Of a stretch of DNA of 64,000 bases, positions 11,929 to 23,444 are shown piece after piece. The notes below the pieces were generated by a model. It saw only the letters and a list, made by a program, of their open reading frames with translations, had not been told where the DNA came from and did not search any database. This stretch comes from Ascoidea asiatica JCM 7603 (taxonomy: Eukaryota > Fungi > Ascomycota): positions 824,731 through 888,730 of the forward strand of contig BCKQ01000006.1 of assembly GCA_001600695.1 (NCBI GenBank), given 5' to 3'. Both the position numbers and the translations under genes were made by a program. The first letter of the stretch is position 1. Each line of letters opens with the position of its first letter.

Positions 11929-12400
11929 ATGGATCAAACAATAGACAAATTGAGAATTATATTATTATGAGATCTAAATTCCGGTGTTTGTTCTTTGATA
12001 AATAGATTTCTTTGTAATGAATTTAGTAAAGATGATTAATTAAGATTTATTGAAGAAAAATCAATTAAAATTGTTGATACTCCGGATTTTGGTAAAGTAA
12101 AAATACGATTATGGAAATGGAGAGATCAATAATATTGTCTTTATAATAAAACTTTACCAATGCTGGATTTAGTTTGTGATATTATTTTATTATGTTTTGC
12201 TATTACAAATTCACAATCTTTTTTTATCTTTAAATGATGAATTTTATAAAAATATTTCAAATTATATTCCAAAAGCTATAAAATTTTTGATTGGTTGTAA
12301 AAAAGATTCAAAAGATTTAAAAGATTAGATTTTCTTGGAGATGGTTGAATAAATGAAGCTGAAGATAAATAAATATCAGATATATTCAATGATATTTGAT
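11929..12400 (+). pseudogene. Rho-family small GTPase pseudogene (atypical)
   Basis: KLRIILL*DLNSGVCSLINRFLCNEF...VKIRLWK...DIILLCFAITNSQSF/LSLNDEFYKNISNYIPKAIKFLIGCKKD matches Rho G1, G3-region, beta4 and G4 (GCKxD); 5 stops plus one frameshift in a T run near 12220. Confidence 0.8.
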
Positions 12401-12446
12401 ATAAGCTCCTACCCCATTTTAAAATGATCCTCAAAATCAACTGAAA

Positions 12447-12474
12447 GACCCAGTGGGAACTCGAACCTACAACG
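12447..12474 (-). other. tRNA 3'-half-like fragment / isolated B-box (GTAGGTTCGAGTTCCCACTGGGTC)
   Basis: T-loop GGTTCGA plus an acceptor-like 3' strand; no A-box or 5' acceptor strand found. Confidence 0.45.
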
Positions 12475-13048
12475 TTTTTGCCTTCTTGGAAAACTGCAAA
12501 AAAAAAAGATACCGGAAAATGAAAATAAAAATTTATCTATTAGTAACATCCCTTAAAAAAGGGGGTAAAGTAGCAAATATTACCTAAGCTCACCTGACTG
12601 TTTTTCTGCGAGTGGTGAAAACTGGAAAAAGGGCTCTTCCTCAAATCTACGACGGGAGTTGGTGCTGATGTTGCTCTTTTTCAGATAAAGGTCACATTTA
12701 CATCAATGGCGTTAAACATTTGCAATTTTTATATTCATTCTTAAATCCATTCACAATCATATTCCTAATCATATACTTTCATATTCTTATTCATATTCCT
12801 ATTTATATTCATATTTAAATTTACATTTATTCTTGTCTATCGAAATCGATAAAGTTGCAATAGGTCAAATCAAAAAATTAGTCAAAGAAAATTTAGGTCT
12901 TTTTATTCTACTTGGAGTCTCACAAATTAGAATTATCAACAACATATTTCAAAATCAAAGAAAACAATCCTAAAATTTTCTATTTCCCTCAAAAAGATAA
13001 TCAAATTATCTTAACAAATCAAATAAGTTATTAAATAATTTTTTCAAA

Positions 13049-13465
13049 ATGTCTATAGATTCATGGCTTTTTATATTTGCTGTGCTTATTAATATTGTAA
13101 ACTTATTCTTTCAAGTTTTTTTTGTTATTATGTACAGTGATTTAGAATGTGATTATATTAATCCAGTTGAATTATGTTCAAAAATTAACAATTATATCTT
13201 ACCAGAAAATATTATTCATGCATTTTTAAGTTCTTTATTATTAATTAATGGTTCTTGGTTTAGTTTCTTAATTAATTTACCTGTTTTAGCTTATAATATA
13301 AATAAATTTTTACAAAAAAATTATTTATTAGATCCAACTGAAATTTTCAGAACTCTTTCGGTTCATAAAAGAGAAAGTTTAATGAAACTTGGTTTTTATT
13401 TATTTTTATTTTTCTATTATCTTTATAGAATGATTTCTGCTTTAATTGCTGATGATGAGAATTAA
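13049..13465 (+). CDS. ERV14: Cornichon-family ER cargo receptor Erv14
   Basis: [42 protein letters not shown]. Confidence 0.96.
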   Translation: MSIDSWLFIFAVLINIVNLFFQVFFVIMYSDLECDYINPVELCSKINNYILPENIIHAFLSSLLLINGSWFSFLINLPVLAYNINKFLQKNYLLDPTEIFRTLSVHKRESLMKLGFYLFLFFYYLYRMISALIADDEN

Positions 13466-13864
13466 ATCAAAATCAAAATCAAAATAAATTAAATTAACTA
13501 AATCATTTTATTTACTAAATAATCTTAACTAAATATATTTATCTTCATGTTTTTTACTACAAATATTATTAAAATTTTATTGAAACTGAAAGGGGAAAGA
13601 TAATTATAAAAACAAAACTAAAAAAAACAAAAAAATAGCATAAAAATACTCAAATTATTAAATAATCCATCTCTTATTCCAAATATGTTTGAAATACATT
13701 CAAAGTTATCTTAATTTTTTTATATATATCTTTATTTTTTCTTTTTCTCTTAATGTCAAAAGCATTAATATATTTGGATAAAATAAATAATATAAAATAT
13801 AAACCATAAACATAAACATATAAACCTTTACCTTTAAATCTTTTGAATAATGTAATACTTAAAA

Positions 13865-14920
13865 TTAGATCAATGTACTTTTAATAGTTTTTTCTTGTTT
13901 TATTATATTTTCCACTTTTTTAAAAAGTTTTAAAATATTTCTAGATTCTGGAAATATCTCTGAAGATATAAAATGAATACTTTTATAATTATTTTTAAAA
14001 AACTCTCTACCTTTAATTGAAAAAATATATGGTGCTCTTTGTTCTAATTCAAAATAAAAATTTAATAAAATATATTTAAATAAATCTTTTAAAAAAATTT
14101 CATGATTATAAATTTTATTATAAATTGGAACATATAATTTGATAACATAATCAATTGAGTTCATTCCATAAACTTTAATATCATCAAGAATATATTTATC
14201 TTTTGTTAATTCATTTACCATTTTATTATCAAAAATATTACACCTCATTATCACTTTTTAAAATAAAAATAACTTGTTAGACTTGATTTTACTTTAAGAA
14301 AATAAAAAAAAAAATTGAGAGAAGTATTAACTACTTGAAAAAGATGATATATCTTCAGTGAATTTATTGACAATTGAATCACATTTCATTTCAATATTTA
14401 TATCTAATTCTTTCCATAACTTTTAATTTATTGAAACATATTAAAATAATGTTAGTTTTTTTGTTCAATTTCTTAATTATTTTAAAAAACTCTTAAAAAT
14501 ATTAATTGAGTTGTAAAATACTTTTATATCCTTTAAATATTCCATCCATTTATCAACAATTAAATCATCTCCAGCTAACAATTCATCATTTAAATAAATT
14601 TTAAATTTAAACTGAATTAATTTTTATCGGCGGTTAGTATAAATTTACTTTCTTCAAACAAAAGATATATAAGAATATATTCCAAATCAAATACTTACTT
14701 CAATTGATGTTAATGCAGGAATAATTATCAAATTTTCTTCTTTTGGTTTTATATTTAAATTTTGAATTGAATTATTGTTGAAAATATCTTCTTTTATCAC
14801 ACAATTTGAAAGTTTTTGTAATTGATTTCTGATTGAATCTATTTTGTATGAGAATTGACTTGAAACATAATAATCGTTTTGCTTTATAAATAACTTTGAT
14901 GATTTGAAATTTAATGTCAT
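13865..14920 (-). CDS. REC102: Meiotic recombination protein Rec102 homolog; complement(join 14699-14920, 14522-14611, 14335-14419, 13865-14253), ~261 aa
   Basis: Three GT-AG introns with CTAAC branch points give one open frame. Blocks align with recalled S. cerevisiae Rec102: NLIIIPAL..FKFKIYLNDELL~NSLYIPLL..IKLNFKMNDRLV; IKLWKE~IRFWEE; MRCNIF~LKCTIL; ELEQRAPYIFSIKGR~QLEFEYPMVFSMISR; NIIKQEK~NMIAQDK. Confidence 0.8.
14254..14334 (-). other. REC102 intron 3 (81 nt, phase 1)
   Basis: GTAGTT...GTCTAAC...AAG; the A|TG junction joins exon 3 to track ORF 13865-14254. Confidence 0.75.
14420..14521 (-). other. REC102 intron 2 (102 nt, phase 0)
   Basis: GTATTT...AACTAAC...AAG; restores frame. Confidence 0.75.
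14612..14698 (-). other. REC102 intron 1 (87 nt, phase 0)
   Basis: GTAAGT...TACTAAC...CAG. Confidence 0.9.
14627..14636 (+). promoter_or_regulatory. URS1-like (Ume6) site TCGGCGGTTA inside REC102 intron 1
   Basis: One mismatch to URS1 TCGGCGGCTA, in an early meiotic gene with an otherwise very GC-poor background. Confidence 0.5.
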
Positions 14921-15251
14921 AATTGATTTACTTGATAAACTATTAGAATAAATGAATTCAAAATTAAAATATCTTTTTTTTTAAAGGTTTAAGATTTGTT
15001 TTGATAAAATAAACGCCGGCACTTTCACTAAAACTATCAAGTTTAAATACGCGATTTGAAGACTAGTCAGTTAAGAATATTTAGAAATAATTTATTATGT
15101 TTTTATTTTTTCTTTTTTATAAAAGGGATAAGAATAAATTCAAACTATATATATATATAAAATTTTGTAAATTGAAAATCATTATTCATAATGCTAAAGT
15201 GGTAGATGAAGAGAGATAAAAAAAGAATGGAAAATGGAGAATTGTCTATAA

Positions 15252-16886
15252 CTATAAATCAATAGCTTTAATGCCTTGATTAATAGTAGTAATTTCATCA
15301 TAAATCATAGTAGTTAAGAAATTATAAAATTTGTCACCAATACAACCTTCTTTGAAATATTTAGAAGCTAAAGCAAATTTATTATCATCTTTGCCATTTT
15401 TAATTAATTTTTCAGTTTCTTCATTTAATAAATCAGATATATATTCTTTTGTAATGGTAGTACCATTATCAGTTGTTTTAATTGAATGTTTTGTCCATTG
15501 ATAAATTTGCATTCTTGAAACTTCAGCAGTTGCAGCATCTTCCATTAAATGATTAATTGCAACACAACCAACACCTCTTAACCAACTTTCAATATACATA
15601 ATACCAACAGTAATATTTAAACGAATACCTTCTTCAGTAATTTGAGGATTATCAATAAATGAAGATAATAAATTAAAATTTGTAATTTGATCACCTTTAC
15701 CAGTAATTTTAAATAATTGATTTGGACCAGGAATATAATTATTAAAAACTTTATAAGCAACAGGAGCAATACCAGGATGAGCAATCCAAGTACCATCATG
15801 ACCAGCTAAAGCTTCTCTTAATTTATCTTGAAATATATTATTCATTGCAATTTCATTTTTTTTTAAATCAGATTTAATTGGAATTAAAGCAGCCATACCA
15901 CCCATTGCATGAACTTTTCTTTTATGACAAGTATCAATTAATAAATGAACATATGAACTCATAAAATCAACTTTCATATCAACTTGAGATCTATTTGGTA
16001 AAATAAAAGCTTTTGAATTTCTTAAAACTTTAATATAAGAAAATAAATAATCCCACCTACCACAATTTAAACCAGAAGAATGATCTCTTAATTGATAAAG
16101 AATTTCATCCATTTGAAAAGCAGCAGGTAAAGTTTCAATTAAAACAGTTGCTCTAATTGTACCTCTTTTTAAATTAATAAAATCTTGAGCAAAATTAAAA
16201 ACATCATTCCATAATTTTGCTTCTAAATGATGTTCAATTTTTGGTAAATAAAAATATGGACCAATACCTTGATTAACAGATTCTTTTGCATTATTAAAAA
16301 AATAAACAGCAAAATCAAAAAAAGAAGCAGAAATTGGTTCATTATTAATTGTGAAATGTTTTTCATCTAAATGCCAACCTCTTGGTCTAACAATTAAAGT
16401 TGGTAAATTATTTGGATTATTTAATTTATAAGTTTTATGAGGAGCAATAAAAGTTATTGATTTTCTTATTGCTTCATATAAATTTTGATGACCATTTAAA
16501 ATATTTAACCAAGTTGGAGATAAAGAATCTTCAAAATCAGACATATAAGCAGAAACACCTGAATTTAAAGCATTTATAACCATTTTTTTATCATTTGTTG
16601 GACCAGTAATTTCAACTTTTCTTTCAGTTAAACCTGGTGATAAATTTGGACCAGTCCAATTTAAATCATCTCTAATATATGAAGTTTCTTTTAAAAAATT
16701 TGGTTGACCAATTAATTCTCTATTTTTTAATAAATTTAATCTTGTTTGATTAAAATTTTTATGTAATTGAGTTAATAATGAAAGACATTCAATTGAGAAT
16801 AAATGTTTAAATTCACTTGGAATTTCACCTTTAATTTCAACACCAGATAAAATATCTTCAGGTTTTGGAGTAAATGCATCAATCAT
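15252..16886 (-). CDS. MLS1: Malate synthase (glyoxylate cycle; MLS1/DAL7 family)
   Basis: VEITGP, DFEDSLSPTW, LIVRPRGWHL, GLNCGRWDYLFS, HAMGGMAA, LMEDAATAEVSR. Confidence 0.97.
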   Translation of the reverse strand: MIDAFTPKPEDILSGVEIKGEIPSEFKHLFSIECLSLLTQLHKNFNQTRLNLLKNRELIGQPNFLKETSYIRDDLNWTGPNLSPGLTERKVEITGPTNDKKMVINALNSGVSAYMSDFEDSLSPTWLNILNGHQNLYEAIRKSITFIAPHKTYKLNNPNNLPTLIVRPRGWHLDEKHFTINNEPISASFFDFAVYFFNNAKESVNQGIGPYFYLPKIEHHLEAKLWNDVFNFAQDFINLKRGTIRATVLIETLPAAFQMDEILYQLRDHSSGLNCGRWDYLFSYIKVLRNSKAFILPNRSQVDMKVDFMSSYVHLLIDTCHKRKVHAMGGMAALIPIKSDLKKNEIAMNNIFQDKLREALAGHDGTWIAHPGIAPVAYKVFNNYIPGPNQLFKITGKGDQITNFNLLSSFIDNPQITEEGIRLNITVGIMYIESWLRGVGCVAINHLMEDAATAEVSRMQIYQWTKHSIKTTDNGTTITKEYISDLLNEETEKLIKNGKDDNKFALASKYFKEGCIGDKFYNFLTTMIYDEITTINQGIKAIDL

Positions 16887-18206
16887 TATGAAAAAATTTA
16901 AAGTTAAATATAATATTGAATTGATTAATTTAGTTTAAGTGAATTTAAAAAATTAAAGGTTATGAATATAATTAATTATAAATATATATATTGTATTATA
17001 TATTTAGTTATTTTTTATATAGATAAGATAAATAATATGAAAAAAAAACAAAAAACAAAAAAAGAATAAATGGAGTGTCTTTTATAAAAAAAAAAGTGAA
17101 TATTAATAAAGAAGATAAAAGAACATTGACCTAAAGTGAATTTGAATAAAGTTATCAGTTGAAATGATTCAATTGAATCAAATCAAGCGATTTCATTGAG
17201 TGATTTGATTGGACTGAGGGATTGATGCTAATGGATTACAGGAGTTATAAGTTAATAGTCTCGAGTATTCCATTATTCTATTATTCAATTACTCAATTAT
17301 TCTTTTATTCCAATACTTCATTATCTGATTATGAAAAGGTTTTGTGGAAGTTTTTCAGATTCTGAGATTCTTTTTTTGGGTTTGAATTAAATTCAAATAT
17401 TTCACCAGTTTTAAAGTTCGACTTTCAGGGCTTGGTTTCTCCGAGGCCCGCGTGAAAGGAAAAAGAAGCAAATCCGGGGCTGGAAAAGCTCCAGACCCAG
17501 AGGAAATTCTCGGCTGTTGCTAAGGAAGAGCGGTGGTGTTATGCGGTAGAATGTAGTATTCGGGCCGATAGAACTGACAAATTAATTTTAATCGGTCCGG
17601 TACCTTACACTTTCGGAACGGAGTTGCAGTGAGAGGCAGACAAATTATATCAGGTGTGCTTATGTAATCCCAAAGCTATATATTTTAGCATATTCTTTAA
17701 ATCTACCTTTATATTAATAACTGAACAATCAATGAGATAATGGAATCGAATTGACTTATAATTGTATAAACAACTGGAGGAGATTCATTTATTCATAATC
17801 TAAATATATTTCTAAATGAATAACAAATATGAATAGAAGTTTTGAAATATTTCTTTATAACTATGTATGTTGAAATCCACTTATTTGATCATTATACGAT
17901 AATCATATAATTATATAATTTTGCACTTTCACGTTAACTAACAAGATTTTTAATAAAATCATAATAGCTTATAAATAGTAAATGGTTCAATACTTTTGTT
18001 AGAAGAGTCTATTGCAGTGTTAATAAATTACCTTATAATCATCTTGGTGTTGAAAATAAACAAAAAATAATAAAATCAATTCATTATAATCAATATTATC
18101 CATCTAATATTCAAAAAATTAATGCTTTTAAATTAATTTTTTTTGATGAACTTAAAAAATCTTTTTTTTTGAAAAAATAATATATTATAATATAAATTCT
18201 ATTTTT

Positions 18207-18799
18207 TTAATAATATTCATTGAAATATTCATTATAACATTCTCTATGATATCTATTTTCTGTATTAATTGAATTAATACTTAATCCTTTTATAGGTAAT
18301 TCACAATATCCACAATAACTATTTATCTTATTACAATTCTCACAATACCAATATCCATATTCATATCCATCATTATTTTCATTTTCATTTTCACTCTCAT
18401 GTTTTAATTGATTGCTTTTAATTTTTGATTTTTCATTAATGATTAGTTTTTTACAATTAAAACAAAATGAATAAAAATTTGTATTTTTTTTACATTCAAT
18501 TTCAATTTCATTTATTTTACAAAATTTTCTTATTCTTGAAATTTTTATAAAAAATTTTTTCCTTTTTAATAATTCAATATATGAATCAATCCATTCTAAA
18601 ATTTCTCTTTTAAAAAAATTTTCTTTAAATAATAATGATAATGTTGAACAAAGTAATAAATCTCCATTATCCATTCCATATTTACAAATTTCTCTAATAA
18701 TCTTATTACTTTTCCATGGTATTATTATTTTTTTTAAATTCTTACCACCAATTATATTTCCTCTAATATTACTTCCATTGATATTACTATTACTTCTTC

Positions 18800-18839
<40 letters not shown>

Positions 18840-21800
18840 ATTATAATTATTTCCACTATTGTTTCCATTATTAATCATTTTATTTTTATTTTGATTAAAT
18901 TTAAAATCAATTATAGTCTTATTAATTTCACTCATTGATGATCCATTTGATTTTTGAATTTGTCTTGTTAAATTACTTTTTAAACTACCTGCATTAATAC
19001 TAGACGTTTGAAGTAAATCTTTTTTCATAACTGTTCTCAATGATAATTTATTCTCATTATTATTTTCATTATTATTACTATTATTATTTTCATTACCTGT
19101 ATTATTTCCATTATTTATATTATTAAATGAAAATGTAATTGGTGAAATTGTTGATCTAAAAGATCTTGAAAATCCAAATTGACTTAAATCTTCAATTTTT
19201 TCTCTACTATTTAATCTAGTATTTATTGCAATTGTATCTTTAACTGAATTTTCAACTGATGAATCTTCAATTCCAACACTTAATACTGAATTAGGTATAG
19301 ATAATCCCATCATTTTATTATTATTATTGTTATTATTATTACTATTACTCATTCTTTTTGGAATTGCAATTGAATTTTTATTCAATTGTTCTCTCCAATA
19401 TTCATCTTCTTTCTTATCTATTTTATTATATGTACTATTACTATTATTATCATCATCTTTATCATAATCACTTTCTTCAATTACTGCACTCTCATTTTCT
19501 GATCCCAGCAATTTATTCTCCATTCTTAATTTATTAATAGAATTTATCAGTTCAACTTCATTATTTTCTTCCTTTTCATTACTTTTTTCAATATTAATAA
19601 AATTATCACTGAAATTACTAATTGTATTATCATTTTTAGAAATCATTTTAAATTGATTCAAATCTTTTGAAGAAATAAATTGTGCAGAAGATGAATTAGA
19701 TGATTTCATAGAAGACATAAATGATTGCGTTGAAGAATGTTTTACTTTAGAATCTACCTTAATAATTCCTCTATGATCTTCATTTAATTCTTCGGTTCCA
19801 TAATTACTAATGATTTCTGAAAAATTTTCTGTTGTAGTTTTTGAAAACTCGGATGTATTAGAAAATGATTGAAATGATAATCCTTTTAAAAAAAATTCTC
19901 TTTCATTATCAACTTCAATCAATATAGATTTAAGAATCATTCTCCATAATTTAAAATGTCTAAAATATTGAATAAGTTGCGATGCTCGAATATTATTTAA
20001 AATGATAATAATTTTTTTAACTGTCTCAATATCTTTTTTTAAAAGTAAATATTGAATCGAAGAGATTGTACTTTCATTTTCATAATCCGATAAATGATCA
20101 AGAGTAGACTCAAGATTTATAAGATTTAACTCGGTTTTTAATTTTTTTATAATATGTCTAATTTCTAATTCTGACCATTCAGGAATATTATATTTTAAAG
20201 AATTTTCATTTCCTCCATCAAGTATTATAAAAAGATCTTTTAAAGAGCCATCAAATCCAGGAAAAAAAAATTTTTCATTACATCCTTCAATACAATCTTC
20301 TAAAACTTTATAAAACCATTCAATATTTGACCCTAAATAACTAAAATAATGATCAGAACAATAATCAAAAATTTTATCAAAACTTCTTTCACTCTTTTTT
20401 GGATTACAAAAATATATTAAAGGAATTGGAGTCTTTTCATATTTAAAATTCATATTTTTAGCCACATGATCCACAAAGGAATTATTCGTTATTGAAGATA
20501 CTGTTGAAAAACTTGGTGTATCAATAATCTGCACACCTCGAGTAAAACTTTTGGTTAATTGATTTCTTGAGGAACTTCTTCTCAGAATTGAAGCAGAGGA
20601 TGTCACTGAATTAAAACTTTCCTTAGGGGGTGTATTTTTCAAAGACGTGGCTTTAGGTGGGGTTCCTGTTGATCGTCTCTGAAGATGAGATTTCAAACCC
20701 AAATTTTTCAAAGGTGATGAAGATAAGTTTCTTTCACTGATTTTTTTTTGATTTAAAGTTGTTGAACGATTCATTAATATTTGCCCAGGAAACTCATTTT
20801 CAATTGGAGAGTGAGAATTTGAAGTACTTATTATCATACTATTACGATTATGAGAAGGTGGTGTTATTCCTTTAGGTCCGCTAGAAGATAAATTTACTGT
20901 TGTCTGAGCCCTTTTCATAATTGGTCTAATAGGCAAATAATCTGTTTCATTGATTAAATTTTTCGGAGACTGTGAATAAGAACGTTCACCATTTATCTTT
21001 ATTTCAAAACTATCATTGCTATTGTTTCCTCGGGGATTTCTATAAAGGCCTTCATATTCATTTATTGGATTAGAATTAACTAAAATTCCCGCCACAAGTG
21101 GTTTTTCGTCAGATCTAGATAATCCCAAACTGCTAGGTGATAAATCTTCCATACGAAGTTTCCTAGATTTGGAAGAATTATAATCTTTAGAATTAAAACC
21201 AGGGTATGAAGTATGCTTCAGTTGTTTAGAAAAACTAATATGACGTTGAATTTCCTTTTGCAAAGGAGAATGGTCTATTGTCGAACCTTCAGTTGAATTA
21301 TCAGAATTATTGCCTTTTTCATCAAAAGAAGATTTAATATTCACATCAAGAGACAGTTCACTACTTTCAGACTTTGAATTCTCTTTTATTGTTGCATGCT
21401 TTGATTTTGATTTAAAAAGAAATTCAGGAAATCTGGGTAAAAAAGATAGCGATGCTTTGCTTTTCTCTTTATGATCGATTGGTGATGGAGGTTCCTGCGG
21501 TGTATCTTTATTATCATTTTCTGCTTTTTTATAATTTTCATATTTTGAAATTGGATCATTAAGAATATAATTGAATTTTTCTACGCTAGTTGAAGAAGAT
21601 TCAAAATAGTCATTAAGATTTTCTTTGAAATGTCTAGAAAGAGAGAATCCCATCAGAGGTTTTTCATGAGGACCTAAAACATTTCTATTTTTATTGGCAG
21701 TAAAGCAATTTTCATTTTGTGAAATAAAACTGACTTCATTGAATTTCGCAAGATTAAATTTCACACTGGTCTTTGGCAAATCATCCATAATTCTTTTTTC

Positions 21801-23042
21801 TTCTTTCAAGTCATGTTGAATAAACAATTTATCTTTAGAAACAGACCAGATTTTATTTGTGGATTTCCAACAAAGACCCGTAACAGGCTGATTATGTTCC
21901 GGAAGTATATGCTCTGGTACATAACCTCTTTTAACACTCCAAATTTCAATAGTTGAATCATTATTAGAATAAGAAGAAGCAACCTTACAATCAGAGACTT
22001 CCTTACAGTTTTCCGTATTTGGAGACCAAGAAACCTTAGATATCTGACCAGAGGTAGGAATAGTATAATCAGGTTGAGAACGATTTTGAATATTTTTGGA
22101 ATCCATATTCCAAACTTGAATTGTTTGATCATTACCACCAGAAACAATATAATTGAACTTATTGTTCCATTCAAGTGTTAATCCACTTTTATTATAAGCA
22201 CTGAATCTTTTCTCTGGTTTTGAAGTTCTCAAATCCCATTTAATGATACCTCCAGATTCATAAGCAGCTACAATAGCATTGGAATCAAAAGGTGAAAATT
22301 CATTACATCTGACAACATCTCCACCATAGGTTAATAAAACTGTTGATTTTGGCAGTCTTATATCCCATAACTTTATAAACCCATCTTTTGAACCAGACAT
22401 AACTACACTTGGAGTATGGGGTGAAAATGCTATTGAATTTACTGGTCTTCTATGTGGTTGAAAATCTTGAAAATTCTTGGAGGTTGATGTAGCAATTGAT
22501 GACTTTAATGTATCAAATACAAAAACAGCTCCAGTTAATGAAGTAGCCGCCACATAATTTTTACAATTATAATATCCAAACCGTATATCAACTATTGAAC
22601 CCAACTTTGTAACATCTCTTTGTAAAGATGAACCTTCAAGAAGATCGCTTTTTATAACTATTCCTCCTTTTGATTCATCAATATCCAAAATTTGAATCAA
22701 ATTTTTCCCAGAGATGACCAGTCTATTGGGACATTCTGCTCCATTATAAGCTGACAATGCTTGGATCTCGGTACTGCACTTGAAATTTATAGATGTATTT
22801 GTTTTATATGAGCTTCTATAAATCTGAGATGCTGATTTATTAGTTCTTGAATTTTGAATTGATTGAAAAAACAGATTAGGATTGTTCATTGGAGAATGAG
22901 AAGTAGTATTTAGATTTTGAATTGGTGAAAGACCTGGAGATAAAGTTGGCCCCAAGGTCTGTGTATGGAAAGTGTTGTATATATTCCTTCTCTCATAGTT
23001 TAAAGACTCTGACCTTTTATTTTTATTGCTATCGGAAGACAT
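18207..23042 (-). CDS. RTC1: SEACAT subunit Rtc1/Sea2 (WDR24 ortholog): WD40 repeats plus C-terminal Zn region
   Basis: WD40 (MSGSKDGFIKLWDIR, YESGGIIKWDLR), PWKSNKII, EWIDSYIELL, FCFNCKKLIINEKSK, YGYWYCENCNK.NS.C..CE.P. Confidence 0.9.
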
Positions 23043-23444
23043 ACCATTTATTACTTTGGCCTAATTGGAATATTATTATTAGTTATTGCTCATTCATTTA
23101 CTTACTCTCTGCTTTGTTATCTTTGATAATTGTCTGGCTATTATCTAATCTGAGAACATAATTCTAAAATGTGTTCACTGTTTAAATATAATTAATTACG
23201 AGCGGAAATAGACTTTAAATAAATATTGTGATAGTTTCCGGTAGGATTTAATAAATATGGAACATTATTAACCCACGGTAGAATTATTCGAAGAAAGTCA
23301 AAATTTGAAAGAAAAAGATTATGAATTAGACATTGAATATATTGAAAACTTTCTTATAGATATATAATATGGTAAAGACTTATACAATTATATAGAATCG
23401 ATAAATCAAAAAAAAAAATAAAAACCAAAAAAAAAACGTGAATC

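Noticed and set aside
17420-17640. CSRE (Cat8/Sip4) in the malate synthase promoter
   Set aside because: Many CGG triplets but only imperfect matches; cannot assign a site
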